From Candidatus Dormiibacterota bacterium (GTDB taxonomy: Bacteria > Chloroflexota > Dormibacteria > Aeolococcales > Bog-877): DNA of 64,000 nucleotides. The translations under genes and the position numbers were made by a program. The stretch is taken from assembly GCA_963701235.1 (NCBI GenBank), contig OY969577.1, forward strand, positions 2,286,299-2,350,298. Reading direction: 5' to 3'. Shown here one piece after another: positions 50,541 to 60,582 of this stretch. The notes beneath the pieces are model-generated. The model saw only the letters and a program-made list of their open reading frames with translations. It ran no database searches and was not told where the DNA came from. Positions within the stretch are counted from its first letter, which is position 1; the number at the start of each line of letters is the position of its first letter.

Positions 50541-50705
50541 TGCAGCCTTCCTGTGCCTTCGCGCCAGCGGCAGGCGTCAAGAGGGAACGGTATCTCAACC
50601 TGCCGGCCGGCAGGCGCAGCCCACACGGGCCGAATCGGTCGGAATCTCGAGTACAGTCGCCATCCTTGACAATTTGTACCGTCTGTACCTGAACACACTG
50701 GGAGC

Positions 50706-51437
50706 TCACCACGGTACTCTCCCGTTCTGGTCGAAAAAGCCTCCGGACACCGAGTCGCCGCGGTCAACCGAATAATCGACGACCACAGCGGCAGCATAGT
50801 CCGCTGGGTACTCCCCCCGGAAGCCGTTGAACTCGGTTGAGGTTGAGCCTGGATCAACAGCCACAACCGTGACACCCGTGCCAGTGAGTTCGGCGGCAAG
50901 GTAGGCAGTTGTAGCGTTCAAGGCAGCCTTGGATATCCCATAGGCAATCGCATCCGAGCGCCGCCCGCCATCAGGAAGAGTCCGATGAATCTCGCCCAGA
51001 GAGCCAAAACCACTAGACACATTCGTAATCCGCGACGGTGATCCCGCTATCAGACAAGGCAGGAGCTCTCTAGTGAGAGCATACGCTCCCATGAAGTTGA
51101 CTTCGCAGACCCTCCGTAGCGATTCGACAGACCTTTGTTGGTCTCTCGGGACTGTAACCCCCGCGCAGTTAACGAGAAGCTGCAGCTTTCCGCCAACGGA
51201 GTCGACGTGCCGCCTTGCCCCAACTATACTGTCACGCTGTCTGACATCCAGCTCAACAAATTCAACATCGAATCCCTTGGCACTCAGGATCTGTGCCGCC
51301 TGTAGGCCCCGGCTGGTTTCCAGTGAGGCGATTGTCGTCCGCCAACCGCGGACGCCCAGTGCGTCCGCGATCGAGAACCCGATGCCTCTATCCCCGCCTG
51401 AGATGAATGCCAACCTGCTCACGGTACAACTCGCCAC
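50706..51437 (-). CDS. SDR oxidoreductase (carbonyl reductase-like)
   Basis: SGGDRGIG, NVSSGFGS, YGISKAALN, DPG. Confidence 0.88.
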   Translation of the reverse strand: MASCTVSRLAFISGGDRGIGFSIADALGVRGWRTTIASLETSRGLQAAQILSAKGFDVEFVELDVRQRDSIVGARRHVDSVGGKLQLLVNCAGVTVPRDQQRSVESLRRVCEVNFMGAYALTRELLPCLIAGSPSRITNVSSGFGSLGEIHRTLPDGGRRSDAIAYGISKAALNATTAYLAAELTGTGVTVVAVDPGSTSTEFNGFRGEYPADYAAAVVVDYSVDRGDSVSGGFFDQNGRVPW

Positions 51438-51488
51438 TCGGGGGCCCTGATGCGCTGCAACGCTCCTAAACCCATCTTCGGTCCTGAT

Positions 51489-51527
51489 GCGTAGTCGCAG
51501 CGCCTTCGACTGACGCGGCGACTACGC
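51489..51527. terminator. Stem-loop downstream of the solute-binding-protein gene
   Basis: GCGTAGTCGC...GCGACTACGC inverted repeat; no U-tract. Confidence 0.45.
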
Positions 51528-51548
51528 GAGGTCGGGTTGAGCGTGCTC

Positions 51549-53354
51549 CTACGATACGTACCAGTCCTGCGGATAGATATTAAGGTTCGGATCCTGCGGA
51601 AGCACCCCGTGCAGGTGTGGGGCGATCACCGCGGTCTCATAGTAGTAACCCGGCTCCCACTGCATCGGAAGCTCCTTCGATACATAGTTCTCATACGGAG
51701 CGAAGTTTGACACGGAGAAGTCCGTCGAGAGTCCGTCAAGCAACCTGTTTATGGTTGCATTGTTGAAGTTGCCGATATCCGACGGCCCTTCAGCAACCCA
51801 GAAGTTCGCAGTTGGAAGATACTCCGGCGAATACGTCGCCGTTCCGCCGAACAAGCCCTCATTCGCAATATCCCAGTTGCAGTCCTGACCGTTGCTCTGG
51901 CACGGTCCCAGTGAGGCATGCATCTCATTGATTGGCTCTTCAAGAGCCGTTATGTGCACGCCCGCGCTGCCGGCATCGGAAACCAGTACTTGCACCTCTG
52001 CACTGAACGGCGCTGACCCCGACGCATACTCCATCGTAAAGTTGAGCGCGCTCCCCTTTCCTACTCCGCGTCCGCACTCGTCAGGTCCACTCCCGGGCCG
52101 TGCACACGTGTCTATCCCTTCTGGACTTACAGTCCAGCCATGAGATCTCAGAATCGCTTCAGCGGTCGAGACGCTGTAGGGGTACGGATTATGACTCTGG
52201 GCCTTTGTCAAGTAGGGACTCGGTGGGATGATCGGGACGACACCGTACGTCGGAAACGCAGTCCCGTGGTAGATCTTTTTGGAGATTCCGTTCTGATCGA
52301 CGAGATGCTGTAGCGCTTGACGGAAGTACAGCTGGGAAAAGATGGGGCCAGACTTTGGGTTCGAGAAATTTAGGAAGAACCCATTAAAACCCCAGTCTGC
52401 CCAATTCACAATGTGGTAGCCGCGGGAGGTGAAATATGAGGCTTGACTGGAATCCTCTGACGGGAGATATCCGTAGTCTACTTCCCCTGCACGCAGAGCG
52501 TCGTATTCTGCGGTCTCCGAGGTGAAGGGAAGTTCCTCAAATTCGGCGATCCGTGCCTTACCAGGACCGCTGAAGTTCGGATTTGGTGTGAAGGCTGCGA
52601 ATCCAGTAGACGCCGAGTACTGGTAGATGTGCCAGGGCCCGTCCACTACTTTCCAGAGGGGATTGGTCGGGTAGGTGGTAAGGTCTTCCGACTGGCCGTT
52701 TATAAAATTATAGACCGCAACTGCACCAGCCGTCGTTTGATCATAGTTTCCGACGGGGCCGGTGCTAGACGTGCGATCCCACGATTGCTGAGGTATCGGG
52801 ATGATCTGGCACAGTTCTTGGTAGAGTGCCCAGGTGTGGCTCAGTGCCGTTTTGAACGTCAGGCTGAACACATACGGCGTATTCGTCGGAAAGCTCATCG
52901 ATGCAATGTCGTCGGGAATGCTCCCCGGCACGTAGCCCACCCACTCGCCCTTCTCTGCGAAGAGAAGATTCATCCAAAACTCAACATCGCGATTAGTCAC
53001 CGGCTGTCCGTTGGACCAGCGGTAGTGATTGAGTGTGATCGTCACGGTCCTCCCATCGTGGGAATAGACGGGTGGCCGCCCGATACTCTGCTTGTAATTG
53101 ATTAGGAACTTACCATCGTTGCCGAACCAGTAGAGCGGGCGATAGAGTAGATTCTCGCCTTGAAAAAGGTCGGTGTTGTTTGAGGTGGGCCCACTTAGGA
53201 ACGGAGAGATGTAGTTGAGGTACGTCCCTGGAGGGAGCGCAAAGGTGACAATTCTTTTAGCGCTGGTTACCGCTGGAGTCGCAGCACAGCCTGCAACCCC
53301 TAGTATCGCAACGACGGCAAAAACGGCGACGACAATCGACCGGCGGACACTCAC
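51549..53354 (-). CDS. Peptide-type ABC solute-binding lipoprotein (family 5)
   Basis: Lipobox VAGC, YRPLYWFG, WSNGQPVT.RD.EFWMNLL, PQDPNLN.YP shared with 7205-9058. Confidence 0.9.
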   Translation of the reverse strand: MSVRRSIVVAVFAVVAILGVAGCAATPAVTSAKRIVTFALPPGTYLNYISPFLSGPTSNNTDLFQGENLLYRPLYWFGNDGKFLINYKQSIGRPPVYSHDGRTVTITLNHYRWSNGQPVTNRDVEFWMNLLFAEKGEWVGYVPGSIPDDIASMSFPTNTPYVFSLTFKTALSHTWALYQELCQIIPIPQQSWDRTSSTGPVGNYDQTTAGAVAVYNFINGQSEDLTTYPTNPLWKVVDGPWHIYQYSASTGFAAFTPNPNFSGPGKARIAEFEELPFTSETAEYDALRAGEVDYGYLPSEDSSQASYFTSRGYHIVNWADWGFNGFFLNFSNPKSGPIFSQLYFRQALQHLVDQNGISKKIYHGTAFPTYGVVPIIPPSPYLTKAQSHNPYPYSVSTAEAILRSHGWTVSPEGIDTCARPGSGPDECGRGVGKGSALNFTMEYASGSAPFSAEVQVLVSDAGSAGVHITALEEPINEMHASLGPCQSNGQDCNWDIANEGLFGGTATYSPEYLPTANFWVAEGPSDIGNFNNATINRLLDGLSTDFSVSNFAPYENYVSKELPMQWEPGYYYETAVIAPHLHGVLPQDPNLNIYPQDWYVS

Positions 53355-53500
53355 CTCGTACCTCCCTGACTTTGAGTGATCTGACGCTGAGTCGATTCCG
53401 GGGGGGTTACAAACCTCGGCACGAGCTCCCTCCTCACTTCCGAAGGAACTGGCCAGCCGCTCCGGTCCTCTCGGGCGGGTCAGATGCTCTCCGGCGAACG

Positions 53501-53538
53501 GTGTACCGTATACTGTACCTCGTTAGGGTCTTTGTCAA
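53501..53538. promoter_or_regulatory. Candidate GntR operator plus TTGACA (minus strand)
   Basis: GTGTACCGTATACTGTAC between divergent genes; TGTCAA at 53533-53538. Confidence 0.5.
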
Positions 53539-53598
53539 GGCCTCCGCGGTACGGGAACGGTTATCGAGAACAACCTGGGCGTTTCAGGGCCAGACGAG

Positions 53599-56564
53599 AT
53601 GATCACCAAGCAGCAAGCTCAGCTTCGGTCCGATCTCGAGTCCGCCATTGAGGGTGAGGTTGGCTTTGGTCTCGGGGATCGGGCGCTGTATGCGACTGAT
53701 GCCTCGAACTATCGCCAGGTCCCCCTCGGAGTGGTGGTTCCTCGCACAGTCGATGACCTGGTACGCACTGTAGAGGTGTGCCGGGATCATGACGTCGCCT
53801 TGCTGCCCAGGGGGGCGGGTACCAGCCTGGCGGGTCAGACCTGCAATACCGCCCTTGTCGTCGATTGCTCGCAGTACCTGCGGTGCATTATCGAACTCGA
53901 TCCTGAACGTAGGTCCGCCCGAGTCGAACCTGGTGTGATCCTAGATTCACTGCGACGGGCTGCAGAGGTTCATCATCTAACGTTCGGTCCAGATCCTGCG
54001 ACCCATGCCTGGTGCACGCTCGGCGGCATGATCGGGAACAACTCCTGCGGCGTCCATTCGGTTATGGCCGGAAAGACGGCCGACAGCGTAGAGGAGTTGG
54101 AGATCCTCACTTACGATGGTCTAAGGCTCCGCGTCGGTCCAACCTCGGAGAGCGAGATTGACAGGATCGTGGCCAGCGGGGGTCGGTTAGGCGAGATATA
54201 TCTGGGGCTGCGGAACATTCGCGATCGCTACGCACCACTCATTCGAGAGAGGTATCCACAGATTCCGCGGCGCGTGTCTGGGTACAACCTGGACTCGCTA
54301 CTGCCCGAAATGGATTCAACGTGGCGCGCGCCCTCGTTGGGTCGGAGGGCACATGTGTAACGACTCTCCAGGCATCCGTGCGTCTGGTGCCAAGCCCACC
54401 CCACAGGGCGCTACTCGTCCTTGGATACCCCGACGTCGCACACGCTGCTGATGCCGTGCCTCAGATAGTCTCAGCCGGGTGCATCGGACTGGAAGGATTG
54501 GATCAGGGGCTAGTAGATGACATTAGGCGGATCGGTTTGAGAGGAATTGACCTTGGGCTGCTTCCACCCGGAGGCGGATGGCTTCTGGCTGAATTCGGAG
54601 GCGATTCACCCGAAGAGGCATCTGGTGAAGCCCGCGCACTCGCACGAGGCCTAACACGTGGCCGACGCTCCCATCCGTCCATCAATCTCGTCACGACAGC
54701 CGCCGAGCAGGTCAAACTCTGGTCGATTCGCGAAGCAGCTCTGCCCGCCACAGCACGGCCGTCTGACGACCTCCGGACCTGGGACGGCTGGGAAGATACC
54801 TCAGTACCGATCAATGTGCTCGGACGATACGTACGCGACTTCCGGGCACTGACTGAGCAATTTGGCTATCAGTGCAGGCTTTACGGGCACTTCGGGGACG
54901 GATGCATACACACCCGGATCAATTTTGACTTCAGGAACCCCGCCGGAGTAGCTCGGTACCGTCGGTTCGTTGAGACAGCGAGTGACCTGGTGATCGCCTT
55001 TGGGGGTTCGCTCTCGGGCGAGCATGGGGATGGCCAGAGTCGGGGCGAGCTTCTCACCCGCATGTTCGGGCCAGAACTCGTGATGGCATTTCGCGAGTTC
55101 AAATCCGTCTGGGATCCGAAGAACCGAATGAATCCCGGAAAGCTCGTAGACGCGAGGCCCCTGGACACCGATCTCCGTCTGGGTCCGACGTACCAACCGC
55201 AGGTCCGGCAAACGCGCTTCCAGTTTCCGGCGGACAAGGAGGCCTTGGTTTCAGCGACTGAGCGCTGCGTCGGCGTCGGGAAGTGTCGTAGCTTGTCAGG
55301 CGGCGTGATGTGCCCGAGCTTCCGGGCTACCCTCCGAGAGGAGCACTCGACGCGAGGTAGAGCGAGGCTCTTGTTCGAGATGTCACGAGGCGAGACTCTT
55401 CAGCGGGGTTGGCGTGAGACTCCGGTTCGAGAGTCCTTGGATCTCTGCCTCTCGTGCAAAGGATGCCGCAGCGACTGCCCGGTAGGTGTCGATATAGCCA
55501 CCTACAAGGCTGAGTTCCTACATCACTACTATGCGCGTCGGCTCCGTCCACCGGTTGCCTACGCGACAGCGGCCGTTCCGTGGCTGGCGGCGGCCGCGAG
55601 TGCTAGCCCAACCTTCGCCAACACGCTCGCCTCCACCCCCGGAATCGCCAGGATCGCCAAAGCCATCGCTGGCATCTCCGCGGAGCGGCCATTACCAAAG
55701 GTGGCCTCCGCGCCGTTCACCCGCTGGCTCTCGGACGAACCCAAGCACCCGACCACGACGGGAAAGGAAGTTGTACTCTTCCCCGACACCTTCACAAACC
55801 GCTTCAGTCCGGAGATCGCCATCTCAGCGGTCCGAGTACTGCGAGCGGCGGGCTTCCGAGTGACCATTCCGACCGCGTGGGTATGTTGTGGCCGACCGCT
55901 CTACGATCAGGGCATGCTCCTCTTGGCGCGGCGGCTACTTCGCCGCATACTGCGAGTACTTACGCCCTCCATCGATGCTGGCGTCCCCCTCGTCGTGCTC
56001 GAACCTTCGTGCGCTGCGGTGTTTCGCGACGAAATGCCTAATATGCTCCGGGGTGACGCACGCGCCGAGCAGCTCGCGCACAGCACCTTCACACTAGCTG
56101 AGTTTCTTGTACAGGCGAGAGCCGTGATAAATCCTGGTCTAGCCGGTTCAAGGGCATTGGTTCAAACACACTGTCATCAACATGCTGTGATGGGCTTCGA
56201 GGATGACCTCACTGTTCTAGCCCGCCTTGGGCTAGATGCTCGCGTCCTCGATCAAGGGTGCTGCGGCCTAGCCGGGGCGTTTGGGTTTGAGCGAGGTCGC
56301 AAGTACCGGCTATCGATGGCAATTGGCGAACTCGGCGTTCTCCCGACAATTCGCTCCGCTTCCGCTGACACGCTAATCCTCGCTGACGGATTCAGCTGCA
56401 GGGAGCAAATTCGCCATGGAACTGGTAGAAAAGCCCTACACCTTGCCCAAATCCTCGATATGCAACCAGCCCAGCCTCTCGGCTCAGATGGCTCACGCCG
56501 CACCGGTGCCGAGCAATTGGTCAAGTCCCCACCCGATCTGTTCGTCGGATCCTCAGACTCATGA
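53599..56564 (+). pseudogene. FAD-linked oxidase plus Fe-S/CCG protein (YdiJ/GlcDF-like) with a frameshift at 54308-54310
   Basis: YATDASNY, RGAGTSLAGQ, GEHGDG, CVGVGKC, CLSCKGC..CP, CCG; one extra A gives PENGFNVARAL and joins the two ORFs. Confidence 0.88.
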
Positions 56565-56672
56565 CAGGCCCGCGCAGTGCGCTGAGTGTGTCGCTGTTGT
56601 TGAGAGTTAGGTAGGCGCCCAGATAAATGCGAGCGTTTTTGTAATGAACAGGGCGATGCTCTACCCCGTTAC

Positions 56673-58058
56673 TTGGATGTGACGATGCTCGAGAGTCGGT
56701 CTCCACAGCTGCCATCTCGAGTCATGGCCCGCTTCCCAGAGACACGACGGCGCGAGGTGGCGATGGCCGTGAGCCGTGGGAGGATTGCGCAGCATCGCTG
56801 GCAAGGTTTGCCGGCGACGGCTCGCGCACAGGCTCTGGTCGAGTGTGCGGAGTTGCTCTCCCAAGCGTCGCCAGAGCTGCTCGAGCTCGGAATCGCCGAA
56901 GTGGGTAAGCCGCGGCGCGAGATGGCGGCTGAGCTCGCACGCGGTATCGGGATCCTACGCTACCACGCGCAGTCGACCTTAGACCCGAACGGGCAGACAT
57001 ACCCGTCGCCCGCCGAACCGTCACTACTACTCAGCTGGTACCGGCCCCGCGGAGTGGTTGGTCTGATCACACCATGGAACTTTCCCGTCGCGATTCCACT
57101 CTGGAAAGCAGGCCCGGCTCTCGCCTATGGCAACGCTGTGGTCCTCAAGCCAGCCCCGTCCGCTACAGCCGTGGCTTTACGTCTCGCGACCCTTTTCGAA
57201 ACTGCCCTACCACCCAGCCTCTTCCAAGTTATCCCCGGTCATGCTGCGACTGGGCACGCTCTGGTCGGAGCCGCCGACGCTATATCCTTTACTGGATCGC
57301 GAGCAGTTGGGCGTCTCGTCATCGCGGCCGCCTCCGCTCGAGGAGTGCCCGTGCAGGCGGAGATGGGTGGCCAGAATCCTGCAATCGTGCTCCCAGATGC
57401 TGATGTTGAACGGGTGGCCAAAGTCGTCGCTTCGGCTGCTATGAGCTACGCAGGACAGAAATGCACAGCTACCTCACGAATCATCGTTGTCGGCGATCCA
57501 GCGCCGTTTAGCGACGCTCTCGTCGCCGCGGTGCAAGGTCTGTCACCGGGCGACCCTTCCGACGAAGATGTTGTGGTGGGTCCTGTCATCGACGAGCGCG
57601 CGCGTCAGACTGTACTCCGCGCTGCGGAGGCTGCGAGAGTGGTCGGTGGGCAGATCCTTACCGGCGGTGTGGCCCCAGATCGTGATGGATACTTCGTCGA
57701 AGCCACGCTCGTAGGCGGCATCGGTGCCGATCACGACCTCGCCCAGGAGGAGGTATTTGGACCCTTCGCACTACTTCTGTCTGCGCCTACCGAGGACGAT
57801 GCCCTCAGAATTGCCAACCTAAGTCGATACGGCTTGGTCGCATCGCTCTTCACTCGAGACATTAGTGCAACTCTACGAATGGTGCCACAACTTCGAACCG
57901 GGATGGTTAGAGTGAACGGACCCACTACCGGCGTCGATCTCTACGCGCCCTTCGGAGGCACAAAGGACTCGAGCTATGGGCCTAGGGAGCAGGGAAAGGC
58001 CGCCCGGGAGTTCTACACGGAAACGCAGACGGTCACAATCGCCACGGCGGACGGGTAG
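56673..58058 (+). CDS. Aldehyde dehydrogenase (alpha-ketoglutaric semialdehyde dehydrogenase-like)
   Basis: ITPWNFPVAIP, FTGS, EMGGQN, GQKCTATS, PFGGTKDSSYGPREQG. Confidence 0.9.
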   Translation: MDVTMLESRSPQLPSRVMARFPETRRREVAMAVSRGRIAQHRWQGLPATARAQALVECAELLSQASPELLELGIAEVGKPRREMAAELARGIGILRYHAQSTLDPNGQTYPSPAEPSLLLSWYRPRGVVGLITPWNFPVAIPLWKAGPALAYGNAVVLKPAPSATAVALRLATLFETALPPSLFQVIPGHAATGHALVGAADAISFTGSRAVGRLVIAAASARGVPVQAEMGGQNPAIVLPDADVERVAKVVASAAMSYAGQKCTATSRIIVVGDPAPFSDALVAAVQGLSPGDPSDEDVVVGPVIDERARQTVLRAAEAARVVGGQILTGGVAPDRDGYFVEATLVGGIGADHDLAQEEVFGPFALLLSAPTEDDALRIANLSRYGLVASLFTRDISATLRMVPQLRTGMVRVNGPTTGVDLYAPFGGTKDSSYGPREQGKAAREFYTETQTVTIATADG

Positions 58059-58061
58059 GCC

Positions 58062-58922
58062 GTGACCGAGAGTGGTATTGGCATCTGGCGGTTGGCCCAT
58101 CGGGACCAGATCTATCTGGCTCGTGGGCCGGTGGACACTGGACCCGCCTCACTCATCCCTGGGAGCGTCAGTGAAGTGCTCGCTACCGGCCAAGATGGAT
58201 TGCAAGCAGCGCTAGCGGCGAAGTCCGTGGGGCCGGTACCAAGAGGGGCGCGGATTCTCGCCCCTCTCGACCAGCAGGAGATCTGGGCGGCCGGGGTGAC
58301 TTTCTCCCGTAGCCGCGATGCCCGCAGAGAGGAGTCCCGCGAAGCTTCCATCTACGACCTCGTGTATAGCGCCGAACGCCCAGAGCTCTTTATGAAAGCC
58401 CTACCAGGACGCTGCCAGGGTCCGGCAGAGCGAATAGCGGTTCGCGCAGACTCAACTTGGGACGTTCCGGAGCCCGAGATTGTCGTCGTGGCTACGGCGA
58501 AGGGGCGCATCGTTGCCTACACGCTCGGGAACGATGTCTCTTCCAGGTCAATCGAAGGAGAGAACCCTCTGTACCTTCCTCAGGCGAAGATATACCACCA
58601 TTCCTGTGCGATTGGTCCCTGTCTTGTGCCCCTGTCCGAAGCCCCTGCGCTAAACGAGATCGAGATTCACCTGACAGTCCACCGAGACGGGATTGTAGTC
58701 GTGGAGGGAACGGCCAAGCTGTCGGAAATACGCAGGCGCCCGGAAGACTTGGTTGCATGGCTGTTCCGAGCGCAGGAGTTTCCCCTGGGCGTCGCCTTGA
58801 TGACGGGGACCTCACTCGCGCCTGGGCCGGAGTTCACCTTGAGCGCGGATGATGTTGTGGAAATCTCGGCCACCGGCCTCGGAACCCTGCATAACATCGT
58901 TGAGACCACCGGGACCAGTTAG
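58062..58922 (+). CDS. FAH-family protein (2-keto-3-deoxy-pentonate dehydratase-like)
   Basis: EIWAAGVT..SR.AR.EES, RPELFMK, PEPE, GNDVSSRSIEGENPLYLPQAK. Confidence 0.88.
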   Translation: MTESGIGIWRLAHRDQIYLARGPVDTGPASLIPGSVSEVLATGQDGLQAALAAKSVGPVPRGARILAPLDQQEIWAAGVTFSRSRDARREESREASIYDLVYSAERPELFMKALPGRCQGPAERIAVRADSTWDVPEPEIVVVATAKGRIVAYTLGNDVSSRSIEGENPLYLPQAKIYHHSCAIGPCLVPLSEAPALNEIEIHLTVHRDGIVVVEGTAKLSEIRRRPEDLVAWLFRAQEFPLGVALMTGTSLAPGPEFTLSADDVVEISATGLGTLHNIVETTGTS

Positions 58923-59285
58923 CTAGCCCGCGTCGAGGGGCTCCCCGTTGCGAGCTGTCCCTACGCGCCTTGGCCGGCGTCATCACCACCCATTTCCTCT
59001 GATCACTGTGACGCTCCACGTGCCCAGCCAATTCCCGCCGTTGAAGGGGAGGAGCAGGACCGCCCTAGCCTCACCCGACGCAACAGAAGGGATCCGGCGG
59101 GCCTTGAGCTATGACCCCGCCAATCAGGAGGGAGTGTCGGTCCGCGGCCGGCCTACCACGCGTGCGCTCGAATGAGAAGTGGCCTTGTCCGCAGATGAAC
59201 AGGTATACGCTGCGACGCGCTCCATAAGTTCAACCGACCGCCCCCCGATAATGACAGAACGCACACGTGTAACGGAGGCGGTTCC

Positions 59286-60407
59286 ATGACCGCAATCTGG
59301 CAAAAGTCTACGGCGGGCTGGTCAGTGGTCCAGCCAGCTGGATTCTCCGTTGAGGCAGTTCTCCACGACCTGATCGAAGACGCGCCCCAGCTGTTGCCCT
59401 TGGCCGGATCTCCGAGTCTGGTTGTGCTAGGGCGAGAAGTTCATCTCGGGTCGGGATACGCCGATCTCCTGGCTATCGCGCCGACCGGCGATCTCGCGAT
59501 CATCGAGTTGAAGCTCGCCTCAAATGCGGAGTCGCGCCGGGCAGTCGTAGCTCAGGTCCTCTCCTACGCCGCCTTCCTCGACCACATGACATACGACGAC
59601 CTCTAGCAGAGGGTGCTGGCGGACCATTTAAGAAAACGGGGCCTTACGTCGCTGGCTGCGGCTGGCCTGGCCGCTGGGCAGCCGCCCTTCGATGAGGCTC
59701 GCTTTCGCGAATCTCTAACAAAAAACCTGGCTGACGGTCGCTTCCGTCTGGTGCTTGTCCTCGATGCGATACCTCCCGAACTCCCTCGCTTAGTAAGTTA
59801 CCTAGAGGGAATCGCAGAGAACCTACTCATCGATCTGATCGCTGTTTCAGGATATGAAGTCGGTGGGGAGCAAGTGCTCGTACCGCAGAGGGTGGAGCCA
59901 GAACGACGTCCAGTTGAGATCGCCGCCAAGAGCGCCGCAGCGAGCTCGACTATTGACGAACCCGGGGCCAATGCATTCGAGAGAGTCCTGGAAGGCGCGG
60001 CAGATTTGCCTGGGCGGGCAGCCGCGCAACGGCTTGTCGCGTGGGCAAGAGGTCTTGAGCAGCGACATCTCGCCACACTCATGTCTGTCCAGGGACAACA
60101 GATGGCCACTCTTCGCATCTACATACCTGGAGATATGAGCCTTGCGTGCCTCTACCGAGACAAGACGGGAGTACACCTTGAGGTCTTCCGCTCGGTATTC
60201 ACCCGCAGAGCGCCCTTAGCTCCAAACGCTCTTGATCGGGCTATGTCCCCCAAAATGATCGGGCAGGGCACGAACGTGGAGCCGAGCGACCAAATCCTAG
60301 AAGTGATCGCCCGGGGTACGAGGAGGCAGCACAGCCACTGGGTTCATCTAGGGCTACGCAGCCCCAGGTTTGACCGGATCGGACCGAATTGGTGCTCGTC
60401 GGCCTGA
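59286..60407 (+). pseudogene. NucS/RecB-like PD-(D/E)xK endonuclease with in-frame TAG (59604-59606) and a probable 3' frameshift
   Basis: E..LHDLI, GREV, ADLL...IIELKL, RRAVVAQVLSYA; the two ORFs are in the same frame across the TAG. Confidence 0.75.
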
Positions 60408-60532
60408 GGGTCGATATCGAGTTGTCTGGCCAATAGCCGCTAGAGGCATACGGGCGGTATACAGGCACCCACAGACGTGCCGTTAGAGGACTTAGTCCGC
60501 GGAATCTTACGCTGTGCATCGCCTCTAACGCC

Positions 60533-60550
60533 GCCCGCGAGGTCGCGGGC
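60533..60550. terminator. GC hairpin between convergent genes
   Basis: GCCCGCGA-GG-TCGCGGGC. Confidence 0.35.
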
Positions 60551-60582
60551 TTCCGCCCGCCGAGCCACCCCCTTGCCGTCCG

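Noticed and set aside
1376-59606. TAG recoding (in-frame TAGs at 1376, 13827, 59604)
   Set aside because: Many intact genes end at TAG at the expected length (dppA, SBP, marR, sduA, ALDH); no suppressor tRNA or pyl genes seen
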